Under the pieces are notes generated by a model, which did no database searches, was not told the origin of the DNA, and saw only the letters and a list, made by a program, of their open reading frames with translations. This document shows positions 55,462 to 63,721 of a DNA stretch of 64,000 bases, one piece after another; within the stretch, counting starts at the first letter, position 1; the number at the start of each line of letters is the position of its first letter. Origin of the DNA: Candidatus Saccharimonadales bacterium (GTDB lineage Bacteria; Patescibacteriota; Saccharimonadia; Saccharimonadales; Saccharimonadaceae); NCBI GenBank assembly GCA_035317825.1, contig DATHGB010000027.1, forward strand, positions 19,579 through 83,578, written 5' to 3'. Made by a program: the position numbers and the translations under genes.

Positions 55462-55832
55462 CAAAAACACCTATGATCCTTGTTGTCGAAGATGACGAAT
55501 GGATGGCTGAACAGCACGTCCGGACACTGCACGAGGCAGGGTTTCGAGCGGAGCATGTTCCGCATGCGCTTGCCGCAATTGATAACGTCGATACGAAACG
55601 TCCCGACGCGATTATTTTAGACGTATTTTTATCAGGACCAAATGCGTTTACCTTATTGCATGAACTGCAATCTCATAGCGACCTAGCGGTTATCCCTATT
55701 ATTCTATGTACGAATAGTGCTGACGATATTGCCGCAGAGGACCTAGAGGCTTATGGCGTGGCGCGCGTGCTAGACAAGACAACGATGAAACCGACGGACT
55801 TGGTGGCCGCAGTTAAAAAGGTCTTATCGTGA
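55458..55832 (+). CDS. REC-only response regulator
   Basis: 'ILVVEDDE', 'DAIILDVFLSGPNAF', 'ILCT', 'LDKT'. ATGA overlap with the kinase gene. Confidence 0.85.
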   Translation: MTKTPMILVVEDDEWMAEQHVRTLHEAGFRAEHVPHALAAIDNVDTKRPDAIILDVFLSGPNAFTLLHELQSHSDLAVIPIILCTNSADDIAAEDLEAYGVARVLDKTTMKPTDLVAAVKKVLS

Positions 55833-56503
55833 GCGGGGTGCGCACACGAGCAATTGTGCTGCGCCGGACAAATTATGGCGAAGCCGATCGGATTTTGCAG
55901 CTTCTAACTCCTGACGGCAAAAAAAGCGTCATGGCCAGGGGCGTTCGTCGGGAAAAAAGCAAACTTGCCGGTGGAATCGAACTATTTGCTGTCAGTGACA
56001 TCGTTATTACCCGGGGCAGGGGGGAATTAGGGATACTAACGTCAGCACGCTTAATCCAGTTTTACAGACATATTCTAGAAGATTATGACACGATGCAATT
56101 TGGCTATGAAGCCGTTAGATTAACTAGCAGTGCGAGTGAAATGGTAGATGGCCCGGAATGGTACGATGTGCTAAGTGAAGTCTTGATGGCATTAGATGTT
56201 TTAACTATTCCAAGACCGCTCATCCAGACATGGTTTTACTTAAGGTATGCGGGATTGCTTGGATATGAGCTGAGTCTGTTTAATGACGTCGATGGCCAGC
56301 CGCTAGCTGCCGATAAATCCTATATGTATGATGTCAGTGAAAAAGGTCTACGCGCTAGTACGAGAGGCGAATTAACTGCCGACCATATTAAGTTTTTGCG
56401 CCTAATGAGCGTGAAGCCAATTCAGGCTTTAGCGCAAGTTGGGGGGATAGAGCAAATTCTACCTGAATGTTTGCAGGTGGCGCGTCAACACGCTGCAATT
56501 TAA
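55829..56503 (+). CDS. recO: DNA repair protein RecO
   Basis: GTG start overlapping the RR stop. 'AIVLRRTNYGEADRILQLLTPDGKKSVMARGVRREKSKL'. Confidence 0.85.
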   Translation: MSGVRTRAIVLRRTNYGEADRILQLLTPDGKKSVMARGVRREKSKLAGGIELFAVSDIVITRGRGELGILTSARLIQFYRHILEDYDTMQFGYEAVRLTSSASEMVDGPEWYDVLSEVLMALDVLTIPRPLIQTWFYLRYAGLLGYELSLFNDVDGQPLAADKSYMYDVSEKGLRASTRGELTADHIKFLRLMSVKPIQALAQVGGIEQILPECLQVARQHAAI

Positions 56504-56522
56504 AGTGTCTAAAAGTCGAACA

Positions 56523-56547
56523 CCCGCCCTGGGGATACCAGGGCGGG
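56523..56547. terminator. GC-rich hairpin between recO and the high-GC ORF
   Basis: CCCGCCCTGG-GGATA-CCAGGGCGGG, a 10-bp perfect stem. Confidence 0.6.
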
Positions 56548-56568
56548 CGGGTTGGAGGGTGATGACCA

Positions 56569-57075
56569 TCATGGGGTCGGGCCAATGCGGCCAATCCACG
56601 TCGTGAATCGGTTGCCGTCGGTGTAGGTCAGCCAGTCGATCAGACGACAGCCCGGCCGACCGAACGCTTCCAACAGGGCGACTGTGAAACGTTCTCCATG
56701 AGTGAGATGATTCTTGCTTTCACGGAGATCCCTGATGAGACGGGCAATCATGGGTAGATCTTCAGCCTGCATCAGGCACGCCTTGAGCCAGTAAAGCGTG
56801 TTTTGGACTGCCAGTCGAGGGTGCGGCTTAGCCAAAAGACGCACGTAGAAGTCGGCCATAATGAAGGCTCGAACTGCTTCGTCATATGAGCCTTCGGCAT
56901 ACTGCACACGGCCAGTGACCGTTTGCAGCCTCACAAGCCGCACAGGGTCGTTGGCATGTAGCTTCCGGACCTCTTCGAGCTTGCCTGGGATCTCGTGTAC
57001 GTCGTGCCGTTCTAGGGCAGACCGTAGAGCCTGTTCCCGTAGTGCATCACCTTTTTCCAAGTGCGAATCCAACAT
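56569..57075 (-). CDS. hypothetical protein (168 aa), high GC
   Basis: ATG at 57075, 6 nt after GGAG (the ORF-track start at 57087 is TTG). GATATAAT box upstream. Helical, no family recognised. GC above its neighbours. Confidence 0.55.
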   Translation of the reverse strand: MLDSHLEKGDALREQALRSALERHDVHEIPGKLEEVRKLHANDPVRLVRLQTVTGRVQYAEGSYDEAVRAFIMADFYVRLLAKPHPRLAVQNTLYWLKACLMQAEDLPMIARLIRDLRESKNHLTHGERFTVALLEAFGRPGCRLIDWLTYTDGNRFTTWIGRIGPTP

Positions 57076-57171
57076 ATTTTTCTCCAAGAGAATAGACGAA
57101 TGGATCTTTTATATTATATCATAAAAAAAATGGTTTCGCAATGTCTACAATCTGTTATAATAAAGATAATT

Positions 57172-58524
57172 ATGGCAAAAGATACGAAATTAGAAGACAT
57201 TGTTTCACTCGCGAAACGTCGCGGGTTTATTTATCAAGGCTCTGAAGTATATGGCGGACTTAGCGGTACTTGGGACTACGGCCCACTAGGCGTAGCGCTA
57301 AAGCGCAATATTATGAATCTTTGGTGGACGATGTTCGTCGACGAGCGCGACGACATGTATGGCGTTGATGCGGCGATTTTAATGAACCAAAGAGTATGGC
57401 AGGCGAGTGGTCATGTTGATACGTTCGTCGACCCTTTAGTCGAAGATACGCTAAATAAACGCCGTTACCGTACTGACCACATCCTCAAAGACAAAGGTAT
57501 TGATCCGACTGGCATGACGATGGAGCAAATGGACGCTGCGATTAAGGAAAATGGTATCAAAAGTCCTGATGGCAACCCGCTGAGCGAATCCCGTACATTC
57601 AACATGATGTTTAAAACGCACGTTGGACCTGTTGTGGATGAGAAGTCGGTCAGTTATCTTCGTCCTGAAACGGCACAGGGAATATTCACGAACTACAAGA
57701 ATGTGCTCGATAGCTTTTATCCTGATTTACCCTTTGGCTTAGCGCAGCAAGGCAAGGCTTTTCGTAACGAAATTAGCCCTCGCGACTTTATTTTCCGTTC
57801 GCGTGAGTTTGAACAAATGGAGATTGAGTACTTTGTTGATCCAACCAAATGGGAAGAATCTTTTGAACACTGGCGTCAGCAAGTGTGGAAATGGACCGAA
57901 GCACTTGGTCTGCCAACCGAGTCTGTTCACGAACTAGAAGTCCCAGACGAAGATCGCGCTCACTATTCAAAACGAACGATCGATTTTGAATTTGATTTTC
58001 CAATCGGCCGTGAAGAATTGCTAGGTCTAGCGTACCGTACTGACTTTGATCTCAAAAATATTCACGACAACAGTGGTAAAAGCATGGAATATAACGTCAA
58101 AGGGACGAATGAAAAGCTCATTCCGCACGTGATTGAGCCTTCATTTGGTGTCGAGCGCGCACTTATGGCAGTTCTGTCTGCTGCTTATACCGAAGACGAA
58201 GTAAACGGTGAAAAGCGAACCTTCCTGAAACTTCCAGAACACCTGGCGCCTGTAAAATATGCAGTTTCACCACTCCTTAAAAACAAGCCTGAACTTGTCG
58301 CAAAAGCCCGTGAAGTGTATAAAGCGCTCAAAGCCAAACACGGAAAAGTAATGTGGGACGACAACGGCAATATCGGTAAACGCTACCGTCGCCAAGACGA
58401 AATCGGGACGCCGTACTGTGTTGTGATTGATTTTGACACGCTAGAAAATGACACGATTACAGTTCGTGAACGTGATACGACTGAACAGAAGCGAATTTCG
58501 GTAGGCGACCTCTTGGATCAATAG
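57172..58524 (+). CDS. glyQS: glycyl-tRNA synthetase (dimeric class II type)
   Basis: 'LAKRRGFIYQGSEVYGGLSGTWDYGPLG', 'YLRPETAQGIF', 'FRNEISPR', 'EPSFGVERA'. ATG at 57172 within ORF 57061-58524. Confidence 0.95.
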   Translation: MAKDTKLEDIVSLAKRRGFIYQGSEVYGGLSGTWDYGPLGVALKRNIMNLWWTMFVDERDDMYGVDAAILMNQRVWQASGHVDTFVDPLVEDTLNKRRYRTDHILKDKGIDPTGMTMEQMDAAIKENGIKSPDGNPLSESRTFNMMFKTHVGPVVDEKSVSYLRPETAQGIFTNYKNVLDSFYPDLPFGLAQQGKAFRNEISPRDFIFRSREFEQMEIEYFVDPTKWEESFEHWRQQVWKWTEALGLPTESVHELEVPDEDRAHYSKRTIDFEFDFPIGREELLGLAYRTDFDLKNIHDNSGKSMEYNVKGTNEKLIPHVIEPSFGVERALMAVLSAAYTEDEVNGEKRTFLKLPEHLAPVKYAVSPLLKNKPELVAKAREVYKALKAKHGKVMWDDNGNIGKRYRRQDEIGTPYCVVIDFDTLENDTITVRERDTTEQKRISVGDLLDQ

Positions 58525-58549
58525 GCTGGAATTTGATCAAGCAACAGCG

Positions 58550-58999
58550 CTAGAGATAGCTGATAATTTCGACGGGTTTTTGGTTTTCGATAGCATCGTT
58601 AATGTCGATAGTTTGTAGAAAAGCAGGCAGAACGTTTTCCTTCGCCGGATCAATAAAGTTCATATTCTCAATCTCTAATTCGCCATGAGTTGTCTTTGCA
58701 AGATCAACGGCTGTATAGTCGTCGGCATTTTTAATGTGAAAGAAAAACTCAAGGTGTTCTTCACTGCCATCAATAAGCTGTTGAATAAATAAAAGGTTAC
58801 CTATATCGGGCATCACGCCAGTCTCTTCGGTCATTTCGCGGCGCAGGCCATCTGTCAAACCTTCGTTGGGATCAAGACCGCCGCCTGGCGTACACCAAAA
58901 GTCACGGCTTTTACCATCTTTTCCTGGCTTCAACTGCTGGCAAAGTAATTTGCCATCTTTAAAGATAATACCTCTTACCGCAATTCGTCGTGCTATCAT
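58550..58999 (-). CDS. NUDIX hydrolase
   Basis: Nudix box 'GGGLDPNEGLTDGLRREMTEETGV'. The true start is the ATG at 58999; the ORF-track extension to 59383 is antisense to the next gene. Confidence 0.85.
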   Translation of the reverse strand: MIARRIAVRGIIFKDGKLLCQQLKPGKDGKSRDFWCTPGGGLDPNEGLTDGLRREMTEETGVMPDIGNLLFIQQLIDGSEEHLEFFFHIKNADDYTAVDLAKTTHGELEIENMNFIDPAKENVLPAFLQTIDINDAIENQKPVEIISYL

Positions 59000-59039
59000 A
59001 TTAAATAGATTGTAACAGAGAAAGCTAAGCTGGGGAAGT

Positions 59040-59672
59040 ATGTCAGAACGATTTAAAACGACAGCCGAGATATTTGTAGCACGACACGGCCAGAACGAAG
59101 ACAATGCCAACGGAATTTTGAACGGGCATCGGGATTTACCCCTGACGGATATTGGCAGACAACAAGCACGCGAGTTAGGTGAAGGGATACTGGCTACGGG
59201 ACTAAAGTTTGATGCGATATATAGCTCTCCGCTTTCTCGCGCGTTAGAAACAGCACAAATAGTCAGTGAAATTTTAGGTATCAAAAAAGATCCAGTCATC
59301 ATAGACGAACTTATTGAAAGGGATTTTGGTGTTATGACAGGCCAACCCATCGATAAGATTGAAGAAATGTGCGCCCCTCGCATCTTAAAGACGGAGATGA
59401 TTTCCTACTTTCTCGACCCCAAAGATGCCGAGACTTTTCCAGATTTAATAGTACGTGCATCAAAAGCCATAGAGGAAATACGCACGCAACAACCTGCTGG
59501 AAAAGCATTGGTTGTCTGCCACGGTGATCTCGGGAAGATGTTATATGCAGCCGTGTCTGGTACGGGATGGGAAGAGACACTCAAAAAATTCCATTTTGGC
59601 AACTGTGAACTAATAGAGCTTGAGCCAAACGGAGAGACGCACGTTATCAAACTCGAACAATATAATTCGTAA
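59040..59672 (+). CDS. histidine phosphatase family protein (phosphoglycerate-mutase-like)
   Basis: 'FVARHGQNEDN' (RHG), 'SSPLSRALETA', 'LVVCHGD'. Confidence 0.85.
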   Translation: MSERFKTTAEIFVARHGQNEDNANGILNGHRDLPLTDIGRQQARELGEGILATGLKFDAIYSSPLSRALETAQIVSEILGIKKDPVIIDELIERDFGVMTGQPIDKIEEMCAPRILKTEMISYFLDPKDAETFPDLIVRASKAIEEIRTQQPAGKALVVCHGDLGKMLYAAVSGTGWEETLKKFHFGNCELIELEPNGETHVIKLEQYNS

Positions 59673-59683
59673 ACGAGGTACAT

Positions 59684-60274
59684 ATGAAATCTGAAATTGA
59701 AGTAAAATTCCTAAATGTTGATTTTGATCAAGTTCGTGCAAAGTTGCGAGAACTTGGTGGAGAATGCGAGCAGCCGATGCGTTTGATGAAGAGGGTGACT
59801 ATTGAAACGCCAGAGCTGCTACGGAAAAAATCGTATGTACGCGTTCGAGATGAGGGCGATAAAGTTACGCTAACGTACAAGCAATTCGATTCTTTATCGG
59901 TTGATGGGGCGAAAGAAATCGAGATTATCGTCAGTGATTTTAAAGATACCGTCGCGCTGCTAAGCGCTGCAGGTTTACCACATATTTCCTTTCAAGAATC
60001 CAAACGCGAGACCTGGAAACTCCGAGCTGTAGAGGTGGTATTGGACGAGTGGCCATGGCTAAATCCCTATATTGAAATTGAAGGGGAGAGCGAAGCCGAA
60101 CTAAAAGATGTCGCTGGAAAGCTAGGCTTTGATTGGAATGACGCGGTATTTGGAGGCGTAACGATCGCCTATCGGGCGCAGTATCCTCATATCGATCCGG
60201 GTGACACCGTTGGGCGAATTGCCAAGATTAAATTCGGCGACCCGGTCCCGGATTTCTTACAGGCTAAGGTATAA
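59684..60274 (+). CDS. CYTH-domain protein (triphosphate tunnel metalloenzyme)
   Basis: N-terminal 'EIEVKF' (ExExK), 'YVRVRDEG', 'LDEWPWLNPYIEIEG'. Confidence 0.8.
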   Translation: MKSEIEVKFLNVDFDQVRAKLRELGGECEQPMRLMKRVTIETPELLRKKSYVRVRDEGDKVTLTYKQFDSLSVDGAKEIEIIVSDFKDTVALLSAAGLPHISFQESKRETWKLRAVEVVLDEWPWLNPYIEIEGESEAELKDVAGKLGFDWNDAVFGGVTIAYRAQYPHIDPGDTVGRIAKIKFGDPVPDFLQAKV

Positions 60275-60276
60275 TT

Positions 60277-60585
60277 ATGCTTATGAAAGCAATCTGGAAC
60301 AACACGACCATCGCCGAAGCACCTAAAGAAGATCTCATCCGTATTGAAGGGAACTGGTATTTTCCGCCCGAAAGTATACGCAGGGAGTATTTTTCAGATA
60401 GTGACCACCGGACTGAATGTCCTTGGCGGGGGCATACCTATTATTACGACGTTACCGTGGATGGTAAGAAAAATGAATTTGGCGCGTGGTACTTTCCAGA
60501 GCCAATGGACGGTTCAATTGAGCGGGTGAAGAAAGATTTCACGGATTACGTGGCGTTTTGGAATGGTATAGAAGTCACGGAATAG
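60277..60585 (+). CDS. DUF427-domain protein
   Basis: 'KAIWNNTTIAEA', 'IEGNWYFPPESI', 'CPWRGHTYYYDV', 'AWYFPEP'. Alternative ATG at 60283. Confidence 0.75.
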   Translation: MLMKAIWNNTTIAEAPKEDLIRIEGNWYFPPESIRREYFSDSDHRTECPWRGHTYYYDVTVDGKKNEFGAWYFPEPMDGSIERVKKDFTDYVAFWNGIEVTE

Positions 60586-60653
60586 CGTTACATATTGTTT
60601 TACTGACGCTAAATAGGTATAATGAAAGTATCTAGTGGAGGATACGACACGCT

Positions 60654-61310
60654 ATGGATGACGAAGAAGTAAGGCGAAATACTACTCCGTCCGACCCTGT
60701 GCCCTCTGTCCGCCCCTCAACTTATGAAATGCTCGTGGATAAAAGTAAAAAACTTGGCCGTGGGGCAACCACCGCATCCCAGGCTGTTCGCAATATCTTA
60801 ACCCAAGACATACCGTTACCGTCAGCCGAACGGCTGATTGGTACTATTCCACAACTAATGCTTGCAAGGGATAAAAAACAAAAAGAGTTGGATGATGCCG
60901 ATCGGCTCAAGAAAGCGGTGAAAAAATCCCACCAAGTGCTTGCAAGCACCAGAACGGTTTTTCCTATGACACTGTTCCCGGACAGCGTCATCGTGGACCG
61001 CACAAAAATAAGCATTATAAAACGCGATTTCTTCTGGACCTCAAACGTTATCAGCTTTCAGATCGAAGACTTATTGAACGTATCATGCGCGGTGGGGCCA
61101 ATATTCGGTTCAATTACCATCGCGAGCCGTGTTATGAGTACTGTCGACCACTTTTACGTGAATTACCTATGGCGAGGCGACGCCCTCTTTATCAAGAGCC
61201 TGATACAGGGTCATATTATTGCCAAAAATAACAAGCTCGAGACCGACCATCTGACGCGCCAGGAAACGATCGATACGCTACTCGAACTTGGTACTGACTC
61301 CGATCGTTAA
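60654..61310 (+). CDS. hypothetical protein, possibly bacterial-PH-like C-terminal fold
   Basis: TATAAT and GGAGGA upstream. The segment 'SVIVDRTKISIIKRDFFWTSNVISFQIEDLLNV..GPIFGSITIAS' resembles bPH/DUF304-type strands (weak, from memory). Confidence 0.5.
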   Translation: MDDEEVRRNTTPSDPVPSVRPSTYEMLVDKSKKLGRGATTASQAVRNILTQDIPLPSAERLIGTIPQLMLARDKKQKELDDADRLKKAVKKSHQVLASTRTVFPMTLFPDSVIVDRTKISIIKRDFFWTSNVISFQIEDLLNVSCAVGPIFGSITIASRVMSTVDHFYVNYLWRGDALFIKSLIQGHIIAKNNKLETDHLTRQETIDTLLELGTDSDR

Positions 61311-61373
61311 CGGTTTTTATAGTCTTCGCGAATGACGTATAGTGGAATAGAGATTATGTCATAAGGGGGAATT

Positions 61374-62084
61374 ATGGTGAATACAAATTTTAGTGGACTT
61401 AAAGCGGTATTTTTTAACGGCACGCTAAAAAAGTCGCCCGAAGTAAGTAATACAGAAGGGTTATTAGAGGCAAGCCGGCTGCTAATGGAAAAACATGGGG
61501 TGAATACTGAAGTTATTCGCACTATTGATCATGATATCGCAACTGGCGTTCAGCCTGATATGCGCGAACATGGCTGGGCTACTGATGAATGGCCTGAAAT
61601 TTATAAAAAAGTGCGAGCGGCGAATATCGTGGTGATTGCCGGTCCAATCTGGCTAGGCGACAACAGTTCCCAGACTAAAAAAATCATTGAACGCTTATAT
61701 GCGAATTCTGCTGAAACGAACGAAAAAGGCCAATGGGCGAATTACGGCAAAGCTGGCGGATGTATTATTACGGGTAACGAAGACGGGCTGAAACACTGTG
61801 CTATGAATGTCCTGTATAGCCTGCAACATATTGGGTTTACTATTCCACCACAGGCTGACGCGGGTTGGATAGGAGAGGTCGGGCCTGGGCCAAGTTACCT
61901 CGATAAGGATTCCGGCGGGCCTGAAAACGACTTTACTAACCGCAACGTGACGTTTATGAGCTATAATCTAATGCATACGGCGCAGATGCTAAAAGATAAC
62001 GGCGGCATTCCAGCGTACGGCAATTTGCCTGATCAATGGAAAAAAGGCGAACACTTTGGTTTTTCTAATCCTGAATATCGATAA
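61374..62084 (+). CDS. flavodoxin-like NAD(P)H-dependent FMN reductase family protein
   Basis: 'AVFFNGTLKKSP', 'IVVIAGPIWLGDNSS', 'CIITGNEDG'. Confidence 0.7.
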   Translation: MVNTNFSGLKAVFFNGTLKKSPEVSNTEGLLEASRLLMEKHGVNTEVIRTIDHDIATGVQPDMREHGWATDEWPEIYKKVRAANIVVIAGPIWLGDNSSQTKKIIERLYANSAETNEKGQWANYGKAGGCIITGNEDGLKHCAMNVLYSLQHIGFTIPPQADAGWIGEVGPGPSYLDKDSGGPENDFTNRNVTFMSYNLMHTAQMLKDNGGIPAYGNLPDQWKKGEHFGFSNPEYR

Positions 62085-62098
62085 ATAAAAGGAAACAT

Positions 62099-62524
62099 AT
62101 GATTACATATTACACAGACGGGAGCGCCAGCCCAAACCCTGGTCCCGGTGGCTTTTCAGTGATCAAAGAATTGCAGCCGCATATTTTAGGTAGTGAAGCG
62201 GGTGATACGACCAATATCCGCATGGAAGGCAAAGCAATTGTCTCAGCGCTAAAAGACGCAGACGGCGAAGAGTGCCAAATCTTCACTGACAGTGAATTTT
62301 GGATTAACGTTATTACGAAATGGTCAGTGGCTTGGGAGAAAAATGACTGGAAAAAGAAAGGTGGCGAAATTAAAAACCTCGACATCGTTCAGGAGGTCTG
62401 CCCACTATATCGACAAAGCAAAGCGACACTTACATGGGTACGCGGGCACAATAATGACGAAGGTAACGAACTTGCCGACGAATGGGCAAACAAAGCCCGG
62501 GAACGACGAAAAGAATTCATATGA
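62099..62524 (+). CDS. rnhA: ribonuclease HI
   Basis: 'YTDGSASPNPGPGGFSVI', 'TNIRMEGKAIVSAL', 'IFTDSEF', 'VRGHNNDEGNELADEWA' (DEDD set). Confidence 0.9.
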   Translation: MITYYTDGSASPNPGPGGFSVIKELQPHILGSEAGDTTNIRMEGKAIVSALKDADGEECQIFTDSEFWINVITKWSVAWEKNDWKKKGGEIKNLDIVQEVCPLYRQSKATLTWVRGHNNDEGNELADEWANKARERRKEFI

Positions 62525-63078
62525 GAGAAATAGAGATCAAGGCGCGAGTAGCGGGTAAGAACGCGCTCATAGGTATTTTAAAGAAACAGGATATTACCCT
62601 TAGCGATGCCGTTACCCAGCGAGATCAGGTTTTTGGTATCGAAGGGGCATTTGGGGGAGACGGCCAGTCAAAGCCTTGGCTTCGCATCCGAACGGAGACC
62701 AAAGGTGACTCGACTAAACAAATCTTTACGCTTAAAAAATCGGTGACGAGTCAGCTAGATAGCATTGAACATGAAACAGAGATTGCTGATGAGCAAGAAC
62801 TTGCAAAAATTATTGAACACATTGGTTTTACGCCATATTCTGACTCAACAAAAACACGCCAAAAGGCGCAGATTGGTGAAATCGAGATTTGCGTTGATAG
62901 CGTCAATGATCTGGGTGATTTTGTCGAGGCCGAAAAGCTAACAGCCGAAGATGCGGATATCGATAAAGTGACCAATGAGCTTTGGGGCGTTTTAGAGCAA
63001 TTTGGCATTACGCGTAGCCAGCAAGTAACTGATGGCTATGACGTCATGCTGCGAAAATCCCAAGGTCTCGAAGGATAG
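62521..63078 (+). CDS. CYTH-domain protein, class IV adenylate cyclase (CyaB)-like
   Basis: ATG at 62521 overlaps the rnhA TGA (ATGA). 'REIEIKARV' (ExExK), 'WLRIRTE', 'ICVDSVNDLGDFVEAE'. Confidence 0.8.
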   Translation: MREIEIKARVAGKNALIGILKKQDITLSDAVTQRDQVFGIEGAFGGDGQSKPWLRIRTETKGDSTKQIFTLKKSVTSQLDSIEHETEIADEQELAKIIEHIGFTPYSDSTKTRQKAQIGEIEICVDSVNDLGDFVEAEKLTAEDADIDKVTNELWGVLEQFGITRSQQVTDGYDVMLRKSQGLEG

Positions 63079-63080
63079 GT

Positions 63081-63527
63081 ATGGCAGAATTCGCAAGCAC
63101 GGGTGGCATTATTTTAAATGGACGCGAAATTAATGGCCGCACTTATACGCGTGATGATGGGTCATACGAAACACTTGATTTAAGTGATGTCGCTGCTGGT
63201 GATATTGTGTCGGTTATAAATAGCAAAGGCAGAAAATACCAGTTTCTTAGACTGGATCATGAGGAGCATGCTTCGTCTCTGAACGGGTGGCAGATGATAG
63301 CTGAATCGGAAGATAAGTTTGGTAGTCGTGCGCTTAATCTTGTTCTTTCAGACAGTGAATCATTCTTGACCCCAAGTGTAGTCTTAGACGAACGCACGGA
63401 GTTAGGAGTGGTTGATTCTACAGTAGCACCACACATAATTGTCAGCCTAGGACGGGTAGCAGCTATTTTGCCGAGTAATCTGCCAGATATAGCAGCGAAT
63501 CCTGTCTTTCATGCAAATGCAGCATAA
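63081..63527 (+). CDS. hypothetical protein (148 aa)
   Basis: Starts 2 nt after the CYTH gene stop. No family recognised. Confidence 0.5.
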   Translation: MAEFASTGGIILNGREINGRTYTRDDGSYETLDLSDVAAGDIVSVINSKGRKYQFLRLDHEEHASSLNGWQMIAESEDKFGSRALNLVLSDSESFLTPSVVLDERTELGVVDSTVAPHIIVSLGRVAAILPSNLPDIAANPVFHANAA

Positions 63528-63557
63528 TATTTATTATGTTACACTAAAATAGTTCAA

Positions 63558-63662
63558 CTAATATCAAGAGCGCGACGAGGGACTGGCCCTATGACTCGCC
63601 GGCAACCAGTGCAATTGCACAAGGTGCCAATTCCAGCCTGAGATTTCAGGAAAGATATGCGT
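63558..63662 (+). promoter_or_regulatory. SAM-I (S-box) riboswitch aptamer
   Basis: AUCAAGAG-CGCGAC-GAGGGACUGGCCCUAUGACUCGCCGGCAACC...GGUGCCAAUUCCAGC...GAAAGAUAU matches the conserved S-box core. P1 is ATATC (63561-63565) / GATAT (63654-63658). Lies directly upstream of metK. Confidence 0.9.
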
Positions 63663-63674
63663 CTTTTATAGATG

Positions 63675-63721
63675 ATACTCCTTTCCTGGGCCTCAATAAG
63701 GACAGATAAAGGAGTATTTTT
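63675..63721 (+). terminator. riboswitch expression platform: SD-sequestering hairpin that also looks like an intrinsic terminator
   Basis: ATACTCCTTT (63675-63684) pairs perfectly with AAAGGAGTAT (63708-63717, containing the RBS) and is followed by TTTTT. The alternative pairing CAGGAAAG (63648-63655) / CTTTCCTG (63681-63688) would act as an anti-sequestor. Confidence 0.6.

Noticed and set aside
58999-59383. N-terminal 128 codons of the 277-aa track ORF 58550-59383
   Set aside because: This part is antisense to the histidine-phosphatase gene and Ser/Cys/Pro-rich. The NUDIX homology begins at the internal ATG at 58999.
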